From Mobula hypostoma (Eukaryota): a stretch of DNA of 64,000 nt. The stretch's first letter is position 1, and every line of letters starts with the position of its first letter. This document shows, piece after piece, positions 39,009 to 52,552 of the stretch. Where the stretch lies: assembly GCF_963921235.1 (NCBI RefSeq), contig NC_086097.1:161016001-161080000 (forward strand). The letters run 5' to 3'. The position numbers and the translations under genes were made by a program. The notes under the pieces are model-generated. The model made no database searches. It was not told the DNA's origin and saw only the letters and a list, made by a program, of their open reading frames with translations.

Positions 39009-40377
39009 TTCCTCTTTGATCTTATGGTCTGTGGAAAACTGAATGGGAACAAGGTCATTGAAGAGTTTGTTCTGCACTCAGCTGCCCCCATGGACACGGC
39101 CATCAAACTCTCCCATGCTTTTGGCATCACGGCTCTGAAAGAAAAGGAGAGATACAGGGAGTGGCTGGAAGCTGCCAAGTACTGTGAGAACATGGCCAGT
39201 GAGCTGCTTACAGTGGCGTCTGGTTGCAAGAGTGCTGGCTATTTGCTTCGTGCTGTGGATCAGCGAGGCACCAGCATGCTGGACTCCTTAATAGAGTGCG
39301 AACAGAAGGAAGTGGTAGCTCACCCAGCGGTGCAGAAATACCTAACTGACGTCTGGTATGGCAACTTGAAGTGGGCCCACTGGAAAATAGTCCTTTTGTT
39401 TTTTATCTTCCTCATCTGTCCTCCTATTTGGCTGCTCTTCTCCCTCCCAATTCACCAGTTCAATAGGATTCCAATTATGAAATTCATGAGTCATTTGGTT
39501 TCTCATATCTTCCTCCTGGTGCTGTTTATACTAACAATAGTCTATCCCCCACTTAGCCCAATATATGAAGGTCGGATGCTTCCCTGTTGGAATGAATGGC
39601 TCCTGCTGGCTTGGCTTTCAGGAATGCTGGCCTCTGAACTGACCCACCCAGGCGAGAGAGTCGGATTGGCATGGATTCGGATATTTCTCTTGGGATTTTC
39701 AGCCGTCGCTGTCTTCTGTCACCTGCTTGCTTTTGCCTTCCAGGACAATGAGCGGCTGCACTGTTTTTTTGCACGAAATATTTTCCTCGCAGTAGCCATG
39801 ACCCTCTGCTTTGTGCAGTTTCTGGAGTTTCTCACCTTCCACCACCTCTTCGGCCCCTGGGCTATCATCATCCGAGACCTGATGAAGGACCTGGCCAGGT
39901 TTGCAATCATCCTTGCGCTGTTTCATGCAGCTTTCACCATGCAGCTCGTAGCAGTTTACCAACCTGTATACCCTGCACCACCAGTCAAACCATCTGCTGG
40001 AAATAGATCAGGTTCTGAAGAGGCACATTATGACATTCAAGACCCATTGGATATTACTGTCTTACTTTTCTTTGCTCTGTTTGGTATGATGGATCCAGAC
40101 TCCTTACCCAAATTGTATCGGACGCCCATTTTTACCCAGTTCATTGTCAAGTTTGTTTTTGGAATGTACCTTGTCATGACTCTAATTGTCCTGATCAACT
40201 TGCTGATTGCTATGATGAGCGACACATACCAGCGAATCCAGGCACAGTCAGACACTGAGTGGAAGTTTGGGAGGGCCATGTTAATCCGTGACATGATCAG
40301 GAAATCAGGGACCCCTTCTCCATTTAATCTATGCACCAATCTTTTCTACTACATCAAAATGCTGTGCAAACGTAGGG
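39009..40377 (+). CDS. trpn1: TRPN1 exon encoding linker, S1-S6 transmembrane domain, pore and TRP box
   Basis: ttgcag acceptor, g|gtaagt donor (phase 0-1); six hydrophobic segments, FHHLFGPWAIII S4-S5 linker, LFFALFG pore helix, LINLLIAMMSDTYQRI S6, EWKFGR TRP box, all typical of TRPN. Confidence 0.96.
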
Positions 40378-42917
40378 GTAAGTCAATGATTTACATTCAT
40401 TTGAAAGGGTGGACCAAATTTTTTATGAGTACTTCATGAGTGAAGTTAAATTTGGAATAGGAATTGATTTACTAGTGTCACATTATATGTAGGGAGATAT
40501 AGTGAAAAGCATTTCTTGCGTACTGTTCATACAGATCAAATCATTACACAGTGTTTTGAGGTAGAACAAGGTAAAACAGTAACAATGCAGAATTTACTGT
40601 AACTAGTAGCTGACTGTCACAATGTAACAGAAAAACTGTAGGTAAACAATAAGGAGGAAGATCACAAGGCAGACTAGGAGGTTAAGAGTCAAACTTATTG
40701 GAGTGGAGGACAGGAGATGACTCGAAGGAGGCACAGAAGATGATAGGAGGCATAGGTTGAGTGGATTGCTCGGCTTAAATGGTTAATACAAGTGGGCATA
40801 ATTTTAAGGTGATCGGAAGAGAGTATGAGGGGATAACAAAGTCAAGTTCCTTATACAGAGAGTTGTGAGTGCATGGAATGCCCTGCCAGGGGTGGGGTTG
40901 AGGCAGATACATTACGGGAATTTAAGAACCTCTTGGGCACATGGATGATAGAAAAATGGAGAGCAATTTAGGAGGGTAAGGTTAGATTGATCTTAGAGTA
41001 GGTTAACAAAGGATGGCACCTGTAAACCAAAGGGTCTGTACTGTGAAATGTTCTATGTTCTTAGCTTTCTAGGGAACTATAGCAACAGGGAAGAAACTGT
41101 TCTGGATGATGGTGGTATGTGTTTTCAGGTTTTTGTATCTTCTGACCAATGGAAGAGGAGAGAAGAGAGAATGAACAGAGTGGGTGGGATCTTTGATTAT
41201 GTTAGCTGCTTTACTGAGATAATGAGAAGTGTAGACAGAGTCCAGGGAGGGGAACTGGTTTCAACGATGTGTTGAGCTGTGTTCACAAATCTCTGCAGTT
41301 TCTTGCAGTCACCTGCAAAGCAGTTGCCATCTCAAGCCATTATTCATGCATTGTAGCCCTTATTTTCCTAGCATGTGTATCTATGGAAACTGACAAAAGT
41401 AAACCAAAAGGCACAGGAAAGCCAGGGATTTGTGCGAAAGAGCAGAGTCTGGTTTACGCCTTTAATAGGCACAGACACAATGGAGTCATGCAAAATTGGC
41501 ATTGGTTATTATTTTCACAAGTACCAAAATACAGTGAAAAGCTTTTGTTTGCATGCCATCCAGACAAATCATGCCATGCCTAAGTACATTCAGGTAGTAA
41601 AAGAATAATTTCTGATGCTGGATTCTGACCCAATATGTCAATAATTCCTTTCCTCCCACAGATGGTGTACAGCCTGCTGAATTCCTCCTGCAGATTGTTG
41701 CTGCAGAATGCTGTGTTACAGTGACAAAGAAAGTGCAGTTCAGTAAGACAAATAAAGTCCAGGGGCCACGGCCAGGTCAATTTGAAGTCCAAGATCTCAC
41801 CTTCAGGCATATGAGAGGTCCATTCAAGAGTCTGATACCAGCAGGATAGAAGTTATCCCCACCACTGTTTTCATCCAATGTGTTTATATGCTCTCAAAAG
41901 ACAGGATGACTAAAATAACCTGATCACTTGCCCCATGCACCATCAAGTCCTGAAGGTGCCAGGTAATCAGAGTTCTATTCTAATCCAATTTGAATGACTC
42001 CCACAGATTGTATGCATTCTTGCCTCGAGGTATCTATTCCGTCTGCATATGCAAATCAGCCTTCGCCTAATCTTGGATCCTTATTTCTGGTCTTTGAGCT
42101 TTTACAATAACAACTTTAAAACATAGAGAATTGTCGTCAGTAATTCAGAAATGAATGCCCATTGATACTCCCTGCATTGACTGGCTACAGTCCCAAAAGT
42201 GAGGTCTGGGTAAACCTTCTCTGACTACCTTAAAAAGCTCTCCAGGATGCACTTTAAAAATCCCTTCTCCTGTAAGCCTTTCACACTGAGGTGAAAGCAT
42301 TGAATATTGGGGAAGTTGGAACTATCTGTTTCGAGATGTACTCTAGCTATTGTTCCATTACAGTATCTGAGTTGGTGGCAGGGTTTAGGCAGATGTCTAT
42401 TCTTCTGTCTCTGAGTTGATGTAGTCAGCCAATGGCGTGAAAATCTCTCTTCTACCTTTTCTCTTTAATCTTCAATTGACTCCACTGGAACACTTTGGTT
42501 CCAGTGATCATAACACCATTAGTTTCAACTTGATCATGGATAAAGATAGTTTTGGTCCTAGGGTAGAAGTTCTAAACTGGAAGAAGGCCAAATTTGAAGA
42601 AATGAGAAAGGATTTAAAAAGCGTGGATTGGTACAGGTTGTTCTCTGGCAAGGATGTGATCTGTAAGTGGGAAGCCTTCAAAGGAGCAATTTTGAGAGTG
42701 CAGAGCTTGTATGTTCCTGTCAGGATCAAAGGCAAAGTGAATAGGAATAAGGAACCTTGGTTCTCAAGGGATATTGCAACTCTAATAAAGAAAAAGAGAG
42801 AGTTGTATGACATGTATAGGAAACAGGGAGTAAATAAGGTGCTTGAGGTGTTTTTTAAAATTGCAAGAAAATACTTAAGAAGGAAATCAGGAGGGCTAAA
42901 AGAAGACATGAGGTTGC

Positions 42918-43074
42918 TCTTACTAACTCTTCCTTCAGTTAGTCCTGACGAAGGGTCTCGGCCTGAAGCGTCGACTGTACCTCTTCCTAGAGATGCTGCC
43001 TGGCCTGCTGCGTTCACCAGCAACTTTGATGTGTGTTGCTTGAATTTCCAGCATCTGCAGAATTCCTGTTGTTT
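42918..43074 (+). mobile_element. 157-bp 3'-terminal fragment of Penelope-like element containing a hammerhead motif
   Basis: Near-identical to 61511-61620 and to the reverse complement of 59123-59277; 10-bp TSD atgaggttgc at 42908-42917 and 43075-43084. Confidence 0.9.
42941..42976 (+). ncRNA. Minimal type I hammerhead ribozyme motif, core variant GAAG
   Basis: agtc-CTGACGA-agggtctcggcct-GAAG-cg-TC-gact; stem I agtc/gact. Confidence 0.65.
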
Positions 43075-46000
43075 ATGAGGTTGCCTTAGCAGTCAAAGTG
43101 AAGGATAATGCAAACAGCTTTTACAGGTATATAAAGAGTAAAAAGATTGTAAGGGATAAAATTGGTCCTCTTGAAGATCAGAATGGTTGGCTATGTGCAG
43201 AATCAAAAGAAATGGGGGAGATCTTAAATGGGTTTTTTGTGGCTGTATTTACTAAGGAAACTGGCATGAAGTTTATGGAATTAAGGGAAACAAATAGTGA
43301 GATCATGGAAACTGTACAGATTGAAAAGGAGGAGGTGCTTACTATCTTGAGGCAAATTAAAGCGGATAAATCCCCAGGACCTGACAGGGTATTCTCTCAG
43401 ACCTTGAAGGAGACTAGTGTTGCGATGGCAGGGCCCCTGGCAGATATATTTAAAATGTCGGTGTCTACAGGTGAGGTGCCGGAGGATTGGAGAATGGCTC
43501 ATATTGTTCCGTTGTTTAAAAAAGGATCGAAAAGTAATCGAGGAAATTATAGGCCGATAAGTTTGACGTTGGTAGTGGGTAAGTTATTGGAGGGAGTACT
43601 AAGAGACAGAATCTACAAGCATTTGGATAGACAGGGACCTTATTAGGGAGAGTCAACATGGCTTTGTGCATGGTAGGTCATGTTTGGCCAATCCATTGAA
43701 GTTTTTCGACGAGTTTACCAGGAAATTGGATGAAGGGAGGGCAGTGGATGTTGTCTACATGGATTTCAGTAAGTCCTTTGACAAGGTCCCGCATGAGAGG
43801 TTAGTTAGCAAAATTCATTCGCTAGGTATACATGGAGAGGTAGTAAATTGGATTAGACATTGGCTCAATGGAAGAAGCCAAAGAGTGGTAGTAGAGGATT
43901 GCATCTCAGAGTGGAGGCCTGTGACTAGTGGTGTGCCACAGGGATCAGTGCTGGGTCCATTGTTATTTGTCATCTATATCAATGATCTGGATGATAATGT
44001 GCTAAATTGGATCAGCAAATTTGCTGATGATACAAAGACTGGAGGTGTAGTGAACAGTGAGGAAGGTTTTCAAAGCATGCAGAGGGATTTGGACCAGCTG
44101 GAAAAATGGGCTGAAAAATGGCAGATGGAGTATAATACAGACAAGTGTGAGGTATCGCACTTTGGAAGGACAAACCAAGGTAGAACATACAGGGTAAGTG
44201 GTAAGGCACTGAAGAGTGCAGTAGAACAGAGGGATCTGGGACAGATACAAAATTCCCTAAAAATGGCATCACAGGTCGATAGGGTCGTAAAGAGAGCTTT
44301 TGGTACATTGGCCTTTATTAATCAAAGTATTGCGTATAAGAGCTGGAATGTTATGATGAGGTTGTATAAGGCATCGGTGAGGCCGAATCTGGAGTATTGT
44401 GTTCAGTTTTGGTCACCAAATTACAGGAAGGATATTAATAAGGTTGAAAGAGTGCAGAAAAGGTTTACAAGGATGTTGCCCGGACTTAAGAAACTCAGTT
44501 ACAGAGAAAGGTTGAATAGGCTAGGACTTTATTCCCTGGAGCGTAGAAGAATGAGGGGAGATTTGATAAGAGGTATATAAAATTATGATGGGTATAGATA
44601 GAGTGAATACAAGCAAGCTTTTTCCACTGAGGCAAGGGGAGAAAAAACCAGAGGACATGGGTTAAGGGTGAAGAGGGAAAAGTTTAAAGGGAACATTAGG
44701 GGGAGCTTCTTCACACAGAGAGTGGTGGGAGTGTGGAATAAGCTGCCAGATGAGGTGGTAAATGCAGGTTCTTTTTTAACATTTAAGAATAAATTGGACA
44801 GATACATGGATGGGAGTTGTATGGAGGGATATGGTCTGTGTGCAGGTCAGAGGGACGAGGCAGAAAATGGTTCGGCACAGCCAAGAAGGGCCAAAAGGCC
44901 TAAAGGCCTGTTTCTGTGCTGTAGTTTTTCTATGGTTTCTATGGTTTTCTATGGATTCATCAGATTCCATTCTATTTATCCAACTGGTGAAAATATTCCT
45001 TTAACATTTTACAAGGGTAAAATCCTGTGTTTTTTCGTATGCCCTGTGATTACTCCTTTTACCACTTTAAATTTTGGGTGGGGGTGGGGTTGGGGTCTGG
45101 ATGTCAATAGTAAGGCTAGGATGTATTAGCCCCTATTTTTTCTTGTATTCCCAATGATTTCCCTCAGATTCTATCACTGATCTACACAAGGCAATTTACT
45201 GTGGCAAATTTGTTTACCAGGTTAATTTGGCAGACGGGAGGAAAACATCTAGGGTAAACTTCATAGCAACAGGGAGAATTTACAAACTGCACACAGATAG
45301 TCCTGAAGGTTTGAATTTAACCCAGGTTACTAGGAGCTATGATGCAGCTTCTCTACAAGCTGAGTCTTTCTGCTTCACCAATCCTATCTTCTTATTGTTC
45401 ACTTTTTCCTTCTTATAGTCCTCATTTCAATCCCTATGCCTCTAGAAATTCATCTGAATAACACTTTTATTAAGCACATATGCAACTGAAAATGTATTTG
45501 ATTTCCTGTTGAAACTTGATAATGGCTACTTCTGGGGCATTTCACACCATTCTATACTTTTGACTTGGTATTTTGCCACTCTTATATCCCTGACCTCATT
45601 TCCTTATTATCCATGAACAGAATTATATAGTTCCCTCATCCAACATTTGTTGTCAAGCATTGGGGGTAAGTATTTTGTTCCAGAACTTGGTCTTCACACT
45701 GAACATGAATTAGAGTCCCTTTCTGATAAGTTCCTTACCTCCATCCTTCTTCCCTTTGTTTCACATTCTCCCCCCACTTCTCAGTCAACCCCTCCACTAC
45801 AATTCTAATTAGAACCTCCAGATTGTCACAGACCCAGTCCAGTTGAAGGATCTTGATCTGAAAAATAGACTTTCTATTCCCTAGTTTGCAGTAGCTCTGC
45901 TGTCTCTGCCACTTGACTCATCACTGTCCTAATCCTCAGCCACAATTACAGGCCCGTCTTCCCATTTCTTGATCTTGATTCTCACTTCCCCTTATGCCCC

Positions 46001-47079
46001 AAGATACAGACCATACCATCCGCACAACCACGATTATATCACTGTTATAATACTTAACACAACTGACAACCCTTCCCAAACTCCAACAATTCTTTAAGGT
46101 CATCCAAATGGTTTTGAACCTCCAGCCACACAGCCCTAAAGCTTGGACTCAATTCCTCGACAACTTGTTTTCATTCACAAAAAAACATTTCTGACTATTT
46201 ACAAAAACTAACCATAGCATGTGAAAGTTTTGGTCACATTTGGTCTTGTTGTTAAGTAGATTGATAGATTAGGTTAAATGTTACAAGAATTATGATGCCA
46301 GAAACAAACTTAATCTGTAGAGATTCCACTCAGCAGCTTGAAAATGATTGAATGACATTATTCTACAATCACTTGACATATTTGTATCTCTGTGATGTTA
46401 AAGAAGTCAATGCATACTTGTATGATAACATGATGAATCATAATTGCAATAGTGTAAAGGGGAGAGAAGTCCCGTGGGAAATAGGGCTGTTGAAATGTTG
46501 GAGCAGGGTGAGGTCAACAAACTCACTCGACCTTTCCGGGCAACAGCTCCAGATAATAGCCATCCATTCCAAATCACCAGACTCATACAGTATATAATGC
46601 TTGATGTCCAAATATAAAGAATGCAGCACCCTCTTTGTTGCCACCTTCGAAAAAGTAGATCACACATCACAGTGCATCTAAGGCTTATTATGGGCATTTA
46701 AACCATTATTCCAATACCACAATAGTTAATACCTTTTTCGCAATGTTTCGCCACAATCCCACATATAAATAGAACATTAATCATTTAGCTCTGGAACAGA
46801 GTCTATGCTGGTCATGATGCCAATCTAATCTCATCTGTCAGTACACAGTCATATTTCCTATATCCTGCGAACCTCACGAAAGGTCTCAACCCAAAACGCA
46901 ACTGCCTGTTTCTCTCCATTGATGCTGCCTGACCTGCTGAGTTCATGCAGCTTTTTGTTTTGTACCACTTCAGATTTCCACCATCTGTAGTCTCTATGTC
47001 TCCCTCCATAACCTACCTGTTAATTTATCTGTCTGAACATATCTTTAAACATTGCCATCTTATAAAGTCTTCTTGGGCT

Positions 47080-47750
47080 TCCAGCTGGGTACAGGTATCA
47101 ATTTTAATGGATGATTTGATGACAAACTGCCATCTTCATCAGGGATGATGCCTGAGAATGACTAATCCAATGGTATTTATCTAGTCTGATAGTATATATA
47201 CCCCCAACATCTGTCTCTCCTGCTTGGTTAGTCCTCATCCAATCAGGTTTTCTCTGTCCCACCTTGTTTTCAATTGACTTCCAGTTCTTACTTAGAGCAA
47301 GACCTTTATCTTTGTTAATGGTTTCTTTCACTAGGCAGTCCCAGAAATCATTAGCATGGTACAGTAGCTTTGTGCATTCAAAGTCAATCCTATGGCCATT
47401 GCAAATGCAATGTTCTACTATAGCCAATTTCTCCAGGTGACCCAAATGGATAGACCTCCTGTGCTCCTTGATGCAGGTTTCCACTGTGCGACCTGTACGG
47501 CTGTATATACGCTGCTCTGCATACACAAGGAATCCTGTAAATACCAGCCATCCTGAGTCCTAGGTCACCTTTGACCTGCAGAAGCTGTGACTTGAGCCTG
47601 TGGATGGTATTAATCCTAACAATGCGGAGGAACCCATCACTACCGCCTGTCTTCCCTGTATTTCCCCAGTTTCCTAGAAGGACCGCCAGGATCCTGAAGA
47701 AATACCAGATTAATACCATCCGCAAACCCATAAGGAAGCTCAAGTCACAG
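47080..47750 (-). mobile_element. Second Penelope-like family, decayed 3' part (GIY-YIG)
   Basis: AGIYRIPCVCRAAYI..TGRTVETCIKEHRRSI...AIVEHC..NGHRIDF; degenerate hammerhead CTGATGA at 47142-47136. Confidence 0.8.
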
Positions 47751-47875
47751 GTACACTGGGAAAGCACGAGATCCTTTTTCAGTTCCATCTTACTTGCTTC
47801 TACCAATTTCTACTGCCCCCACTTCAGCTTTGAGCTCACTATACTGTAAGTTCTCCACCTTGGCCAAACCCATCT

Positions 47876-48830
47876 CATAAGACCATAAGATACTGGGGCA
47901 AAATTAGGCCATTTGGCCCATTGAGTCTGCTCCACCATTCTTCCTCTCAGCCCCAGTCTCCTGCCTTCTCCACGGATCCCTTCATGTCCTGACCAGTCAA
48001 GAATCTATCAATCTCTGCCTTAAATATACATTAAAACTTGGCCTCCATAGCTGCTTGTGGCAACAAATTCACCAGGTTCACCACTCTCAGATGAAAGAAA
48101 TTCCTCCTAATTTCCATTCTAAAAGGACATCCCTCTACTCCGAGGCTGTCTCTTCTGGTCCTAGACTTTCCCACCATGGGAAACATTTTCTCTACCTCCA
48201 CTCTATCAAGGATTTCAACATTCAATAGGTTTAAATTAGGTCACCCCTTATTCTTCTGAATTCTGGTGAATATTGGCCCAGATGCTCTTCATATGGCAAG
48301 CCATTCAATCCTGGAATCATTCTCATGCGCCTCCTTTGAATCCTGTCCAGCTTCAGCCATCCTTTCTAAGATATGGGGCCAAAACTGCTCACAATATTCC
48401 AAGTGAGGCCTCACTAGTGCTTTATAAAGCCTCACCATTATATCCTTTCTTTTATATTCTAGTCTTCTTGAAATGAATGCTAACATAATATTTGCCTTCC
48501 TCACCACAGACTCAACCTGCAAGTTAACCTTTAGGAAAATCCTGCACAAGGACTCCCATGTCCCTTTGTGCCTCTGATTTTCAAATTTTCTCTCCATTTA
48601 GAAAATAGTGCAGCTGGGTGAACAGAGAATTGTGCCTGTTGTTTCCAGCAGGACGGAACAGCCACAGGCGTACTCTGCACTGGCTGTGCAGTTCCACTCC
48701 TACCCCTGACAGTCATGTAGTTACCTGTCGTCTGCAATCTAGGGGTGACTACCTCCCTGTAGCTCCTATCTATCATGTCCTTATTCTCTCGTACTACTCG
48801 AAGGTCATAAAGCTGCAGATCCGGTTGCTA
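47876..48830 (-). mobile_element. Decayed CR1 (3' RT part fused to an ORF1 fragment)
   Basis: LYKALVRPHLEYCEQFWP, NFFHLRVVNL; (cataagac)n tail at 47876; VTVRGR..QPVQSTPVAVP ORF1-like remnant at 48650-48830. Confidence 0.8.
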
Positions 48831-48962
48831 CAATCAGCTTCTACCATTGGGAAGAAAATACATTCCACTTTGCGCTCTCCAGTATTCACTCCATTGTCTA
48901 TAGTTTATAGAGCATAGAATATAGGAAGTTCAAATTTCAAAGAAAGTTTATTATCAAAGTAC

Positions 48963-49265
48963 GGTGCGTGGCCAAGTGGTTAAGGCATCGGCCTAGTGAT
49001 CTGAAGGTCGCTAGTTCGAGCCTCAGCTGAGGCAGCGTGTTGTGTTCTTGAGCAAGGCACTTAACCACACATTGCTCTGCGACAACACCGGTGCCAAGCT
49101 GTATGGACCCTTGTGCCCTTCCCTTGGGCAACATCGGTGGCGTGGAGAGGAGAGACTTGCAGCATGGGCAACTGCTGGTCTTCCATACAACCTTGCCCAG
49201 GCCTGCACCCTGGAAACCTTCCAAGGTGCAAATCTATGGTCTCATGAGACTAACGGATGCCTATA
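48963..49265 (+). mobile_element. tRNA-derived SINE inserted in a Rex-type tail
   Basis: A-box tggccaagtgg, B-box agttcgagcc, core ttgagcaaggcacttaacc, (ta)n tail. Confidence 0.82.
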
Positions 49266-50435
49266 TATATATATATGTCAACATAAACAACCCTGAGATT
49301 AATTTTCTTGCGGGCATACTCAATAAATCCAATGATCATAACAGAATCAATAAAAGACCATGCCAGCAGAGTGGACAATGAGTGTTAGCACAAACCCAAT
49401 GCCATATTTAACTTTGCTTGACATAGCCCTCTGCAAGTCATACCTGGTTTTCTGGTACAGACCTGGGTCACCAGACTTGAATGCCACAGATCTATGGCAT
49501 TGGATCTGTGCTTAGCCACACAGTCATAAGTGTAAAGGTGTAATGTGAGTAGAGCAGGGGGCTTAGTACATAGCCTTGTGGTGCACCTATGCTGATCGAA
49601 CATAGCACAAGAGCAGGCTCTGGCCCATCGTGACTGCAACAAACATGTTGCCATTCGTACTAATGCCATCTGCCTGCATTTAGTCAGTCTAATATTTTTC
49701 ATGTTCTGTCCAGTCCAATAATAATGTTTGCCTTCACTCAAAAATCATTCCATCCTCTGACGTAATTTCTGCATAAATAAATGGGCATTAACACTGTTCA
49801 GTAGAGTTACATGGCACAGAAACAGACCTGCTACTCCTGTTATGAAGTACCAATCTATACTTTATCAGCTCTTGGTCCATAATCTTCTATGCCATAGTGA
49901 TTCAAGTGTTCATCCAAGTACTTTTAAAATGGTGTGACAGTACCGGCCCCGATTAACTTGTCAAGCAGTGCATTTCAGGTTGCCACCATTCTCCAAATGA
50001 AAAAGTTCCATAGATTACCTCAAACACTTTTATTCCTTGACTTAAAATTACACCCTCAGATTTTAGAAACCTGTTATGGGGGAAAGAACTCTCACTTACT
50101 GAGAAATTTTTCCCCTTAACAGATTGTCTAAAGTTTCTCTAAAGTTACCCCACCCCTCTAAACTGAAATACACACAATGATCCAATCAGCATCAAAAGAA
50201 CTCTACACATGTCAAGTAAGCTGCCTGTCAGAATTGGCCTCTACATTAATCCATCTTTTCTCTTTTGAAGTGATTTATATTTCATTTTTTGTTACGTTTT
50301 CTCCTTTTAGGAAAAGGTGAAAGTTTCAATTCCCATTTGCATTCCTCAGTTGACATGCCTTCTCAAATGGATGCGTAGCAGTCATGTTTTCAAGACTGGG
50401 CAATTTTGATTGGTGTCTGTATTCCAAACCCATAG

Positions 50436-50588
50436 GTAAACTCTGCTCTACGGAAGGCCGGGAATTGATGAATGAAGGAGATAACCTCGACACCATATCG
50501 GATACACGCTCCATTGACATGTTGCCGCATGCATCTGTCGGATGGATACAAAGCACCTCTAAAAGAGCAACACAAGTCTCTCCCGAAG
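50436..50588 (+). CDS. trpn1: TRPN1 cytoplasmic C-terminal exon
   Basis: catag acceptor, g|gtacaa donor; 153 nt, phase 1-1, keeps frame from previous exon; (G)KLCSTEGRELMNEGDNLDTISDTRSIDML...QVSPE(G). Confidence 0.8.
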
Positions 50589-51797
50589 GTACAATATTGG
50601 CTCCTTTTTGTACTGAAGTATTAACAAAGTTCACAATGTATAAATAACTTTTGGATTCTGAACTCATTAAAACACTACTGTTTTGAGGCAGCAGCCCCGG
50701 GCAAAGATATAAACTGACTATAAATTGCAAAAATGAATAGATAATGCAGCAAAAGTTGTTGGAAGACAGCACAGATTTCTTTTTGCCTGTATGTGAAGAA
50801 TAATTAGCAGCTGAAACACCTCTTTTTAAGCTGTGAGTTATTAACATAACTTTGGAGCAAGCACGTGCCATTGACACTCTGCATAGGTGTTGGTACAGGA
50901 GGCAACCGCAGATCAATGAAGAGTTTCGCTCTACATTTGGATGCCAATGATTCTCTTTCTACTTCCCCTGACAACAGAATCTGAGCCTCTGTTTCAATAT
51001 GTGAACATTAAAGATAAGGAGGCCTGGAAAAATGTCTTGTACTCTTTGAAGTTTAATAGCATCTATTTCATTACTGAGCTTTAAAAAGCCTATTTGATAA
51101 GTATTTTGTCATTCGTGAAATTGCCGATCAACATGGATAAATAAAAAGCACCATGTTTGATGTTGACTGTTATCTTTGAACATCCACTTCCCCTCAAATC
51201 CACTCCCTCTAAGATGAATTTCTGCCCCATTGTACACCTCTTTCTCACTGGTAATACAGCATTGTTGCTTCATTCAACTGTTTCATCAACAGACTAATGT
51301 CTAAAGAATCACCACCTTCACAAAGGCAATTGTTCCGGCCTTACCAATGATGCCCACATTTTTTAAAATGTTAGAGTAAAATAGATATGATTTCATATTT
51401 TTTGTTCCTGAAATTTTCATAGGAAAAATTAATCACATTTGAGCTTATCACTTAGATGAGGCGAAGTCTACAGAGAAGATGTTTGCTGATTCTAGAGTGA
51501 AATCTGTCTGACAACAATTTCTGGGGATTATGGATAAAATACAATGTACACACTTGTCAGTGAATATAAAATTCATAAATACAGAAGTTGCCCAGGAAAG
51601 AGAATGGAAAAATGAAAGAAAATTAATTAAAAGGACATTTTAATGGCTTGATTTACTGTCTCATTTAAAATTTTTTGGATTTATGAGGATTGAGATTAAC
51701 AGTCAAGAAAAAATACACAATAGCTTAATCTAAACCATTTGCAAAAATATGAATTGAAGACTGTGAAACAATAGAAAAATAGTTCTTACTTTAGATA

Positions 51798-52552
51798 CGA
51801 GGGGTGATTGATAAGTTTGTGGCCTAAGGTAGGAGTCAATTTTAGAAAACCTAGCACATTTATTTTTCCTACATTTACACACTTAGTCCAGCGGTCATGG
51901 AGCATACGGATCCCTTCTTTGTAGAAGTCGGCGTCTTGGACCTCCAGAAGTGGTTCACAGCAGGAGTGATTGATAAGTTTGTGGCCTAAGGTAGAAGTAG
52001 ATGAGTAATTAACTTCAAACTTTCTGCATAATCACTCAAAGAGTTGAACTGCACGTGCATGTAATGACAGCGTCTTGGACCTCCATGTAGTCCACAGCAG
52101 GGGTGTTTGATAAGTTTGTGGCCTAAGGTAGAAGGAGATGAGGAAAAACTTCAAACTTTCTGCATTTTCACTCAGAGAGTTGAACTGCATGTGCATGTAA
52201 CCAGAGTTGTATAACTCATCTCCTTCTGCCTTAGGCCATGAACTTATCAATCACCTCTGCTGTGGACCACCTGGAGGTCCAAGACGTTCTCGTTACATGC
52301 ACGTGCAGTTCAACTTTTTGAGTGATAATGCAGAAAGTTTGAAGTTAATTACTCATCTCCTTCGACCTTAGGCCAGGAACTTATCAATCACCTCTGCTGT
52401 GGACCACTTCTACAAAGAAAGGATCCGTATGCTCCACGACCACTGGACTAAGTGTGTACATGTAGGAGGGGACTATGTTGAAAAATAAATGTGCTAGGTT
52501 TTCTAAATTGACTCCTTCTACCCTAGGCCACGAACTTACCAATCACCCCTCA
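51798..52552. mobile_element. Mariner-derived fold-back MITE (about 755 bp, six TIR copies)
   Basis: TA at 51796-51797 and 52553-52554; 3 forward and 3 reverse TIRs; 52408-52488 encodes FYKERIRMLHDHWTKCVHVGGDYVEK*, a mariner transposase C-terminus, mirrored with a small deletion in the left arm. Confidence 0.9.

Larger units (their letters stand above)
42485..44953 (+). mobile_element. 5'-truncated CR1 (end of APE + RT) with frameshifts, interrupted by a Penelope fragment
   Basis: HFGSSDHN, DKSPGPD, GVPQGSVLGP, KFADD, FFTQRVVGVWNKLP; (ttctatgg)n tail. Confidence 0.92.

Noticed and set aside
48963..49040. tRNA-like sequences (also about 4295-4368, 53320-53390, 56366-56430)
   Set aside because: A/B boxes are present but I could not form a complete cloverleaf, and each continues into a SINE body and tail
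50326..50916. 196-aa minus-strand ORF
   Set aside because: Partly antisense to a TRPN1 exon, with no domain or splice support
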